56,406 bases of DNA, from the NCBI GenBank assembly GCA_938003775.1, contig CALKXZ010000014.1, positions 1 through 56,406 on the forward strand. Reading direction: 5' to 3'. Numbering within the stretch: the first letter of the stretch is position 1; every line of letters begins with the position of its first letter. Both the position numbers and the translations under genes were made by a program. The notes beneath the pieces were generated by a model that searched no databases, was not told where the DNA came from, and was given only the letters and a program-made list of their open reading frames with translations. Below, in pieces: positions 1 to 7,811 of this stretch. The stretch comes from an uncultured Granulosicoccus sp. Lineage in GTDB: Bacteria > Pseudomonadota > Gammaproteobacteria > Granulosicoccales > Granulosicoccaceae.

Positions 1-1
1 C

Positions 2-413
2 GATGTATTCGACTTCAGGCCGTCTATAGATACGAACAAGCTGGCGGGCGCTGCTATCGGCTTAGGTTTGGCAGCAATCCTGTCAAACTCGATGAACAAC
101 GAGGAGTCTGAACAGGAGGATGCCTCTGAACCAAATGGAGAGAGCACGGCGGAGGAAAACCGTGACACTCCTTCTCCAGCGCTTGATGGTGATCCGTATA
201 ATCCATCGGAGGTCGGCAAAAGAAGGTCCGAACTACGTCGTTTGCTCGGCTCAAATGCGGACCCCTGACTCCTCGATACCAGATCAAGGTTCTGGCCGAG
301 ACATGGGTGGTCATTCAGCTTCTGATGGTACGCCACATGATACTGGCGAGCGGAACGTTAACAGGCACGAAGAGCATTCTCGACGGCCCAAAGGTGGATT
401 CTGGAACCAATGA
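2..413 (+). pseudogene. 3' end of a probable polymorphic (RHS-like) toxin gene, split by an apparent frameshift
   Basis: Frame open from the window edge (DVFDFRP...GAAIGLGLAAIL...GDPYNPSEVGKRRSELRRLLGSNADP*) to TGA at 266-268. Removing one C from the C run in GGACCCCTGAC joins it to ...DSSIPDQGSGRDMGGH...GERNVNRHEEHSRRPKGGFWNQ*, whose stop overlaps the next ATG (ATGA). Confidence 0.5.
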
Positions 414-889
414 GCACTTTCCCTCGGTCAATCGAATTCCCTTCGAATGGGGGGAGGCAGCGTTTCGTATTGTCAACTCAAAGCACCGAATCTGACGTCC
501 AATTCTTCTCGCTTGAGTTCACGGGAATGTTTTGGAGCGACAATGCCGAGTCGCAAGGTGGTCTTGTGAGTAAATCCGGAGCTGTTATCCACGAAGTTGA
601 AATACATCGTGATCGTTTACTCGAATTGGCGCATTGTCTGGAAACCTGGAAGGAATCGCATAAGGACTTCAGTTTGTCTATAACTGCAGAGTCTGTAGTC
701 GATTCGCTTGTCCTCGGCGTCTCAAAAGACTCCCGCCTCTTGTCATCAGAAGAGAAACCAGCGCTTTTTGTCAAATATAGCGGTGTCGGTCTATTTGAAG
801 TTGCTGCGGTCTATCTGATCGACGGAACGTGTATCGATGAAAGTCTACGCGGTCTTTATAGAGTACTGGGTGATCAGCCTGCGGGCTAG
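410..889 (+). CDS. Hypothetical protein, candidate immunity protein
   Basis: 159-aa acidic ORF coupled by a 4-bp ATGA overlap to the toxin-like C-terminus; typical toxin-immunity layout. Confidence 0.5.
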   Translation: MSTFPRSIEFPSNGGRQRFVLSTQSTESDVQFFSLEFTGMFWSDNAESQGGLVSKSGAVIHEVEIHRDRLLELAHCLETWKESHKDFSLSITAESVVDSLVLGVSKDSRLLSSEEKPALFVKYSGVGLFEVAAVYLIDGTCIDESLRGLYRVLGDQPAG

Positions 890-918
890 CGGCAGAAGGT
901 GCTCACGCTGCTTCGACG

Positions 919-1120
919 TCAACGATCAATAGTACTTTTGATATGGTTTAGCGCTTGAGCAGCTTTCTGAATTTGTATGCCCTGAAACGGATGTAGTACA
1001 AGCAAATCCGAATCATCCGTCACAATCAGTTCTGCCCCAGCGGCGAGCGCAGTGGCGATGACCATATCGTCGTCAAAGTCGGTTGGTACAGATGGTGTTG
1101 GTGTCAAGAACGGTTCGCAC
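919..1120 (-). pseudogene. PIN-domain toxin (VapC-like), internally deleted and out of frame
   Basis: GTG at 1120 gives MRTVLDTNT (PIN N-terminal motif), then a stop. The C-terminal PIN motif DFDDDMVIATALAAGAELIVTDDSDLL follows immediately in another frame; the middle of the domain is missing. Confidence 0.75.
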
Positions 1121-1349
1121 GGCGCTCGGCACGCACCGCATCGACTTCAGCCTGAACCTCTTCTTCCGTCATTGGCGGCAAGTTCACCGCTGCAAGCCGA
1201 TCGGCGGCGTCGAACAGCTCATCAATGCTGCGCTTCTTCAGTCGCTCACGCAGCATGGTCTCAATTGCCTCGGGTGATAAGAGTCCGGCACTCCTGGCCT
1301 CCTCGACGAGCTGTTCCGGCAGCTCCAGTTCAATCGTCAATGCGGTCAT
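1104..1349 (-). CDS. Antitoxin of the PIN-family toxin-antitoxin pair
   Basis: 81-aa acidic protein (LELPEQLVEEARSAGLL...MTEEEVQAEVDAVRAERR) directly upstream of, and overlapping, the PIN start. Confidence 0.7.
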   Translation of the reverse strand: MTALTIELELPEQLVEEARSAGLLSPEAIETMLRERLKKRSIDELFDAADRLAAVNLPPMTEEEVQAEVDAVRAERRANRS

Positions 1350-1368
1350 CGTTCTCTCCTGATCATGA

Positions 1369-1644
1369 TCACGAGGCCTGCTGTTGGTTGATCAGTGCCT
1401 CGAGCATCTCGTTGATCATCTTCTGCCGGGCGCGTGGTAGCAAGGCCACCTGCTCGAGCTGACGCTGGAGCGTTGGCGTTGGTCCGCGACGGCTCGTACC
1501 CTTCGGTATCGGTTCTTCGAGTAGCTCGGCGATGCGTTGTCCGAGTTGTCGGTAGAAAGCCTGGTCTTCGGGTGTCACGGCCGCTCTCACTGGCACGATC
1601 GATCTCATGAGATTACCCCGGGGTTGTTGAACTGGGGTTGACAC
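1369..1644 (-). pseudogene. XRE-family regulator remnant lacking the HTH core
   Basis: FYRQLGQRIAEL (first XRE helix) is joined directly to LEEP...RRGPTPTLQRQLEQVALLPRARQKMINEMLEAL (typical C-terminal tail); the intervening HTH is absent. Confidence 0.6.
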
Positions 1645-1765
1645 TACTGTGAAATAGAGTGCTCTGCAACAGAGTCATTTATGCAGAAAGGGCTTGACAG
1701 GGTTTTGGCCCTATAGGCAGATAGGGAGTTGGCTAGTTTTTTGGTTTGAGTGGACATTTGATCTA

Positions 1766-1845
1766 CTTATTTATAGGTCATTCTGTGCACCTATATTTAG
1801 GTTATTAAGTAGTCCCATATTTAGGCTTTTGTGCTCTGCCTGACA
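1766..1845 (-). mobile_element. Putative transposon end (Tn7/Mu/IS21-like): terminal TGTCAGGC followed by three contiguous 24-bp repeats
   Basis: Minus strand from 1845: TGTCAGGC | AGAGCACAAAAGCCTAAATATGGG | ACTACTTAATAACCTAAATATAGG | TGCACAGAATGACCTATAAATAAG. Confidence 0.6.
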
Positions 1846-1925
1846 TATTAAGCCAGGGTGGGCTGCTCACAGGGTATCTACTGTACACAACCACATATCT
1901 CCTCTTTAGCAGCGTTGATGCTGCG

Positions 1926-2819
1926 CTACTGCCCAGCAGCAGCACTGTCGTTCTGTAAGACAGCTACCGGACTAACAGTGTCAATAAGAATAATGGTGTA
2001 CATCTCACCTGCGATAACCGTGATCGGAACCGGTGTAAAACGTGCCAATGTATCAGTCAGTACATAGGTGCCAGCATTAACGGATGTGTAGTCGTCGCTT
2101 GGGGTAATACTTGCTGACACATCAGTAAACTGCACCTCGTTGCTCCCCGGATTCACACCTTGTGGTACCAGCGTGAAGGTCGTGGCCCTATCTATGTTGC
2201 CTAGCATGTTGGCCTGGATTACCCTGACATGCGCAACCGTCTCATCCGGTGCAATACGCAGTGTACGTAGTGCGATGACACCAAGCTCGGTGGTGCTCAT
2301 GAGCGATACCGAATCACGCGCAATGAATGTCGTGATAGACGATGCGGCTAAATCCAGAGGCTCGAACGTGACTGAAGTTGAGGATGGCTCAGTGCTGAAT
2401 ATCTGTAGCGCACGTGTGTCAGTTGAAAGCGTAACCGTATTGCTGATGCTGCCGGTTGTTACAGGTGTGTCGAACAATGGGGTGGATTGATCGGCAACGG
2501 TGGCATTAATACGATTGGACGATGCATTCACCACTGTTATCAGTGGTTGGTTATTGTCACCACCTGTAAGCAGATTCTGGAACATGCTTTGCGAGGAGGT
2601 ATCTGCCGGATCGGTCTCGTTGCTGCCGGGAGCTTCGGGCGTCATAGAATTATCGGGGGTCGCGCCCGGAGGTCCTTCATTGGATATCGGACCGGTGGCG
2701 TCAATAGTGGTTGAGTCACCGGTACCAAAGATTCCACCGTCGCAGGCACTGAGCAAAATCAGAATAATCCCAGCAGGCAGAACGTGAAAACGCCACAGGT
2801 TTGGAGTTACGTTGTTCAT
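1926..2819 (-). CDS. Predicted lipoprotein, beta-rich (DUF4397-like)
   Basis: Lipobox LLSAC, Pro/Ser/Thr linker, two beta-rich repeats (ITVVNAS; VRVIQAN...DYTSVNAGTY...AGEMYTIIL). Confidence 0.6.
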   Translation of the reverse strand: MNNVTPNLWRFHVLPAGIILILLSACDGGIFGTGDSTTIDATGPISNEGPPGATPDNSMTPEAPGSNETDPADTSSQSMFQNLLTGGDNNQPLITVVNASSNRINATVADQSTPLFDTPVTTGSISNTVTLSTDTRALQIFSTEPSSTSVTFEPLDLAASSITTFIARDSVSLMSTTELGVIALRTLRIAPDETVAHVRVIQANMLGNIDRATTFTLVPQGVNPGSNEVQFTDVSASITPSDDYTSVNAGTYVLTDTLARFTPVPITVIAGEMYTIILIDTVSPVAVLQNDSAAAGQ

Positions 2820-3625
2820 TCGGGGTTGCTCTCCTCGATTGCGTCCTCTATCCAGTAGACACCGAGTCCTATACGGTGTTTGCCATCTCCCTTTGTCGCA
2901 GGATTGTTACCCCGGTCATAACGTGACAATGACTTGTCCAGGTCTTTGAGCAGTTTCATGGCCTGCTCGGCGCTAAGTCGTGCAAACGCGTTACGCCCTT
3001 CGGTTGTCACATCGTCGTAAGCCACGCTCATCTGTAACCGTCTGTGATCACTCTGGCTCAGGTTGTGTTCAAGGGTGGTCAGTAGGTCGGTGGCGCTGGT
3101 GGAAAATAGATCCAGCATTGCAGATTCACTTTCGTGTGGAACATAGCCTTTGTGTAACAACGTGACCTTGCCCTTAGCGTGTTTTACAGTGCCCACACGC
3201 TCCAGCTCATCAAGCATGGCGCGCGCCGGAACATCACCGCCGTGACGTTTAACTAATTGATTGAAACTATCTTGCGGGTCTCCATAGTCCAGTACTTTGG
3301 GTCTACCTCGAGAATTTTGGAAGTCTTGGTCCTGTAACCAACCGGTGACCACGCGTACGGCTCGGTTGTGCTTACTGACACCGGTATCTACCTCGCTAGG
3401 CAGTTCTCGTATCCGTTTAACCTCTTTACGATTGATACCAGTTACGATGGCAATACGTGACACGGTCGGTGACTTGTCATCAATGCCAAAGTGTTCGCCT
3501 GCCTCAATTACGTATGACTGCTTCGCCCAGTTGGCAAATTCGGCGTGTGAAACACCATGGCGCAGCAGCAGTCTCACTAACGGTGAGAGCACTCGGGTAA
3601 CGGCTTTTTGCAGGGATTCGTGCAT
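2816..3625 (-). CDS. DUF6502-family protein (putative HTH regulator)
   Basis: LSPLVRLLLRHGVSHAEF, SRIAIVTGINRKEVKR, RAVRVVTGW, DVPARAMLDELERVG, RIGLGVYW. Start placed at MHESLQ; the ORF track extends it to 3739. Confidence 0.8.
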   Translation of the reverse strand: MHESLQKAVTRVLSPLVRLLLRHGVSHAEFANWAKQSYVIEAGEHFGIDDKSPTVSRIAIVTGINRKEVKRIRELPSEVDTGVSKHNRAVRVVTGWLQDQDFQNSRGRPKVLDYGDPQDSFNQLVKRHGGDVPARAMLDELERVGTVKHAKGKVTLLHKGYVPHESESAMLDLFSTSATDLLTTLEHNLSQSDHRRLQMSVAYDDVTTEGRNAFARLSAEQAMKLLKDLDKSLSRYDRGNNPATKGDGKHRIGLGVYWIEDAIEESNPE

Positions 3626-3722
3626 ACTTCTGTCGTGAATGCTATTAGGTCGAAGGCGCCTGTAAAGTGTACCTTTGCTGCGTAGGTTGTCGAGTAAGTG
3701 CAATTGGACATTACTAACTGGT

Positions 3723-3755
3723 TGGGATAATAATCCCATGCCTTAGGGATAATAA
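3723..3755. promoter_or_regulatory. Palindromic operator plus repeated half-site between the divergent DUF6502 and aldolase genes
   Basis: TGGGATAATAATCCCA (3723-3738) is near-palindromic; GGGATAATAA recurs 22 bp later (3746-3755). Confidence 0.5.
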
Positions 3756-3767
3756 CAGGAAAGTAGC

Positions 3768-4592
3768 GTGAATCGAAAAGTCAGCGGCAAGCAAACCAAG
3801 TCAGTTGGGTCCAAAGGCAAGAACAAAACCCAGCATCCATTACCCGCTTCGGGTTGCTGGATTAATATGTTTGAACCCGCTATTGGCGAAATGGTGGGCG
3901 CTTGTGGCTATGACTACGCGTTGATTGATATGGAGCACAGCCCGTCTACACTGGACTCCGCTTTGCCTATGATCAGAGCGGTGCAACTCGGTGGTGCCAA
4001 AGCGCTGGTGCGAGTTCCCGATAAGCAAACTGAGTGGATCAGCCGCCTAATGGATATGGGCGCCGATGGTGTCATGGTACCTATGGTCAACACATTGGAT
4101 GAGGCTGAACGCTTGGCCAAAGCGACACTGTACGCACCTGACGGTACGCGCGGGATGGCAGCTGGTATTGTCAGAGCCAGTGGTTACGGCGTGGACCTGG
4201 ATTCGTATCTTGCCAACTACCGAAAAGCGTTCTTACTGATGTTGCAAATTGAGACGCGACAAGCGGTTGAAGTGGTTGACGAAATTGCAAAAGTTGAGGG
4301 TGTGGATTGCGTGTTTATCGGTCCGTTTGATCTGGCGGGAAGCCTTGGCAATATGGGCCAACCAGAACACAAAGACACGCGCGCAGCGATTCGAAAAATA
4401 GCCAAAGCTGTTAGTAATGCCGGTAAACCTCTATCTACACTGACAAACCCATCGCGTAACGCTCGTAAGCTGTTTACAGAGGGCTACGATATCGTGTTCA
4501 GTGGCAGTGATGTGGGCCTGCTTCGCCAAGCAATGCTGGCGGATGTTGAGCAGTGCAACAAGTCCATTCAAAGACTGGCCGGCAGCAAATAG
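3768..4592 (+). CDS. HpcH/HpaI aldolase family protein
   Basis: GYDYALIDMEHSP, LVRVP, MDMGADGVMVPMV, QIET, VFIGPFDLAGSLG. Confidence 0.9.
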   Translation: MNRKVSGKQTKSVGSKGKNKTQHPLPASGCWINMFEPAIGEMVGACGYDYALIDMEHSPSTLDSALPMIRAVQLGGAKALVRVPDKQTEWISRLMDMGADGVMVPMVNTLDEAERLAKATLYAPDGTRGMAAGIVRASGYGVDLDSYLANYRKAFLLMLQIETRQAVEVVDEIAKVEGVDCVFIGPFDLAGSLGNMGQPEHKDTRAAIRKIAKAVSNAGKPLSTLTNPSRNARKLFTEGYDIVFSGSDVGLLRQAMLADVEQCNKSIQRLAGSK

Positions 4593-4984
4593 AGGTCAGT
4601 AAACGTCGGTTTTCCATCCACACATTGAGCCGTATCCAAAGGCACCACAATCATCACGGTCTCGTCAGAGAGCATGGCTGACAGGGCAATGGTTTCGATC
4701 TCTTCCTGACGCTCTGCGCCGGAGCTGGAGGCGGTATCCATACGCAGCACATTACTTCGACAACTGCTCGGCCCGACAGCATGTCCACCAATATGCAGTG
4801 TCAGAAAATCACGACCATCGAGTGTTCCACGCTGCACTTGTGTGAGCTGAGTGGCGATAGACACCTGAGAGAGATGAGATTGCTTGTCTTTCTGAGATAC
4901 CGGCGCGGCAACGCCTGCTGTGGCGGCCATGCACAAAGCGGCCAATGCGGCTCGTGAGATCGTGTGGATGTTGTTCCTGCTCAT
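4568..4984 (-). CDS. Secreted hypothetical protein
   Basis: Signal peptide (AALAALCMAATAGVA), two Cys in the mature part, GAGG RBS upstream; 3' end overlaps the convergent aldolase. Confidence 0.6.
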   Translation of the reverse strand: MSRNNIHTISRAALAALCMAATAGVAAPVSQKDKQSHLSQVSIATQLTQVQRGTLDGRDFLTLHIGGHAVGPSSCRSNVLRMDTASSSGAERQEEIETIALSAMLSDETVMIVVPLDTAQCVDGKPTFTDLYLLPASL

Positions 4985-5462
4985 TACCTCTTTCCTTTGT
5001 CGTAAACCACTTGCGCCGTGTCAGTTTGGACTGCGTTAAAACGGATCACAAGCGTTGATGGGTGGTAACGGCCACCAACTCTCCTGTCTTTAATTGATGG
5101 TTTGTGCGTAGTGATGCATTGGTTCGAACTATCAATGGGTCTATAATTTCTGCGAAATCAGATAATTACGTGTGGGTAAAGCAAATGACTCAGGACTTGC
5201 TGTCATGATCAATTTGTCATGTTTATTACCGTTTGTGTTCATTGAACAAAACTTGAACCATTACACACTTGTCAACGGAGGCTGCTAGCGAATCCGTCAC
5301 ATTACTGGACGACTGTTTGTCTATTGGGCTACATTACTGCCCGTTGATGGGAGATCAGAGACCGCTCTGAATCCGATCAAATCTGAATCGTTTTCCTTGC
5401 TGGCAACGCGTCAAAATGCTGACTCAGGCAAGCGTTTAAAAACCTAATCAAGAGATCCAACT

Positions 5463-6560
5463 ATGTCACGACGTCATTTTTTGAAAACAGGTGCGGGTGC
5501 AGCAAGTGCTGCGGCTGTTGCCGGTACCGGACTCATTACATCCGCTCCTGCTATTTCACAAGGGCGTGAAAAGCTTGTGATGGTAACTTCTTGGGGCCGA
5601 GGCCTGGCTGGTGTATTCGATGCTGCACAGCATTTTGCTGATTCGATCAATACCATGTCAGATGGCACGCTGGAAATTGAGATTAAGGCACAGGGAGAGC
5701 TGGTCTCCGGTCTACCAGCGGTTTTTGATGCAGTGACCACCGGTCAGGCAGATATGTATCACGCTGCAGACTATTACTACGTTGGACAGCACCCAGCCTT
5801 CGCGTTTTTTACGGCCATTCCGTTCGGCATGACACCCATTGAATTAAATAATTGGTATTACCACATGGGTGGTCATGAACTGCACCTCGAATTAGGGGAA
5901 GAGTTCGGTCTAGTGTCGTTTCTAGCCGGCAACACGGGGGCACAGGCAGGTGGTTGGTTCCGTAAGGAAATCAACAGTGCGGATGATTTCAAAGGTTTGA
6001 AATTCAGGATGCCGGGTCTGGGCGGCAAGGCGCTGGGTAAGTTGGGCGCATCGGTGCAAACTATTGCAGGTTCTGAGGTGTATCAGGCCCTGGCCTCTGG
6101 CGCCATAGACGGCACTGAATGGATCGGCCCGTGGGCGGATGAGAAAGCGGGTTTTCAGGAAATTACCAAAATCTTTTACACCTCTGGTTTTCATGAGCCA
6201 GGTGCAGGCCTGACGCTGGCAACCAATGCCGATCGCTGGGGCACGTTGAAGCCACATCATCAAAAGATGATTGAGGTCGCTTCAGGTCATGCAAACTCCT
6301 GGAATTTGCATCAATATCTGGCCAACAATTCGTTGGCGCTGGATCGTTTGGTTGCAGGCGGTGTTAAGACTCTGGAATTTCCAGACTCTGTGTGGGATGC
6401 TTTCGGTACAGCATCGCAAGAGGTTATAGATGAAAACATGGACGACGAGTTTTTTGCCAAGGTGCATGCCTCAGTAATGGAGAGCATGAAACTGTCTTCG
6501 CGCTGGACTGCGCTGTCTGACGGTGCCTATACAGCTCAACGCGATCGCGTACTGGGCTAA
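5463..6560 (+). CDS. dctP: TRAP transporter substrate-binding protein (DctP/TakP-like), Tat-exported
   Basis: SRRHFLK Tat motif; GNTGAQAGGWF, LKFRMPGLGG, GAIDGTEWIGP. Confidence 0.92.
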   Translation: MSRRHFLKTGAGAASAAAVAGTGLITSAPAISQGREKLVMVTSWGRGLAGVFDAAQHFADSINTMSDGTLEIEIKAQGELVSGLPAVFDAVTTGQADMYHAADYYYVGQHPAFAFFTAIPFGMTPIELNNWYYHMGGHELHLELGEEFGLVSFLAGNTGAQAGGWFRKEINSADDFKGLKFRMPGLGGKALGKLGASVQTIAGSEVYQALASGAIDGTEWIGPWADEKAGFQEITKIFYTSGFHEPGAGLTLATNADRWGTLKPHHQKMIEVASGHANSWNLHQYLANNSLALDRLVAGGVKTLEFPDSVWDAFGTASQEVIDENMDDEFFAKVHASVMESMKLSSRWTALSDGAYTAQRDRVLG

Positions 6561-6602
6561 TCGTTTTTAGCTCCAGTAGTATGGAGTAGCCCAGCGATGT
6601 TG

Positions 6603-6664
6603 GCTGCAACGCAGGTACTGGTATGTTGTTACATACTAGGTATCTCGTTGCAGCTTTTTGTTTT
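6603..6664 (+). terminator. Long hairpin followed by a U-tract after dctP (partial terminator or stabiliser)
   Basis: GCTGCAACG (6603-6611) pairs with CGTTGCAGC (6646-6654), inner GTATG/CATAC stem, followed by TTTTTGTTTT. Confidence 0.55.
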
Positions 6665-6694
6665 AATCGTCAGGAATTTTTTACGGAGGCGGGC

Positions 6695-7810
6695 TTGGCT
6701 TCATTTTTAGTGGTACTTACCGGATTGGGCAACGGCTTTGTTGATCTGGTCATGTTGCCGTGGACTCTCTGGCAGTGGTTTGAAATGGATGTGCTCAAAG
6801 AGCGCATGGTTGCGCTGGCGCTTGCCGGTAAATCCGTTGAATTTCTGTACATGATGCTCAGCCTGGTATTGCTGCTAGTCGTACTGAGTTTAATCAGTCG
6901 TCGCTTTTTACGCCGGACCGTACTGAGCCTGGAGGCTTTTAATCGGAAAATTGGTCAAGCTGCATCGTGGTTTGTACTGTTGCTGATGTTTCAGCAAGTA
7001 ATGATCATTGTGATGGGGCAGGTCTTTCGCGGTAATGAGTTACTGTTTTCGCCGTTCGGCATGCAATTGTCCAATGCCGAGTTACAGTGGCTATCGGGCC
7101 AACTGAAGTTCTACAACGCTATTCTGATTGCCTTTGCATCAGCCTACACATTTATAGAAGGTGGTCATGTGCGGGTGGATCTGGTTTACGGCAATTTGGG
7201 TTATCGGGCCAAACGTTTTATTGATTTACTGGGTTCGATTGTCTTCATGCTCCCTGCAACAATTTTAATGTGGTGGTTCGCCTGGCCATTAGCCACTAAT
7301 GCTGTGTTCAGCCAACGGCCAATGAACATCTTCTCGGACAAAGCCAGTTGGCGAGGAATGAAGTTTGAATCGTCGGGCACCGCCGAATTCACTTGGGTTT
7401 GGGCTTTTAAAGTGCTGATCCTTGTGTTTGCTGCGCTGCTGTTTATTCAGGCAGTGGCCTTTATGCTGAGAAATTTATGGGCTCTGTTATCCAAAGATGC
7501 AGATGTTGAATCTCATCCACTGGATACAGGTGCACCTGAACCGCTTGAACCTGATATTAATCTAGGTCTACCCAAAGCATTGTCGGGTACGACGCTGGCA
7601 ACGGCGCCTGCAGCGACACAGCAGGGGAGTAAACAAGAGCGCGTGCGCGTCCCCGTAGACACCAGTGCTCGACAGGCCAAGGAAGCGCTGGCTTCCGCTG
7701 GCATTAGTGCTCGGCAGAGAGCACGCAAAGCAACACGCTCAACGGCGAATTTAGCCACTCCATCATTAGCACCGGCGCGTAGTCCCACTACGTCCAAAGG
7801 AGATCTATAA
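6695..7810 (+). CDS. dctQ: TRAP transporter small permease (DctQ) with terminal extensions
   Basis: AYTFIEGGHVRVDLVY motif and TM segments. TTG start at 6695 follows GGAGG; the ORF track start is 6623. Confidence 0.85.
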   Translation: MASFLVVLTGLGNGFVDLVMLPWTLWQWFEMDVLKERMVALALAGKSVEFLYMMLSLVLLLVVLSLISRRFLRRTVLSLEAFNRKIGQAASWFVLLLMFQQVMIIVMGQVFRGNELLFSPFGMQLSNAELQWLSGQLKFYNAILIAFASAYTFIEGGHVRVDLVYGNLGYRAKRFIDLLGSIVFMLPATILMWWFAWPLATNAVFSQRPMNIFSDKASWRGMKFESSGTAEFTWVWAFKVLILVFAALLFIQAVAFMLRNLWALLSKDADVESHPLDTGAPEPLEPDINLGLPKALSGTTLATAPAATQQGSKQERVRVPVDTSARQAKEALASAGISARQRARKATRSTANLATPSLAPARSPTTSKGDL

Positions 7811-7811
7811 G

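Noticed and set aside
1694-1722. Sigma70 promoter from a perfect TTGACA
   Set aside because: No acceptable -10 hexamer at 16-18 bp spacing.
1766-1837. CRISPR array or replication iterons
   Set aside because: Only three degenerate abutting units with no spacers and no cas or rep gene; the TGT terminus fits a transposon end better.
6623-6694. N-terminal extension of dctQ from the ORF track
   Set aside because: It overlaps the post-dctP hairpin; a better RBS precedes TTG at 6695.
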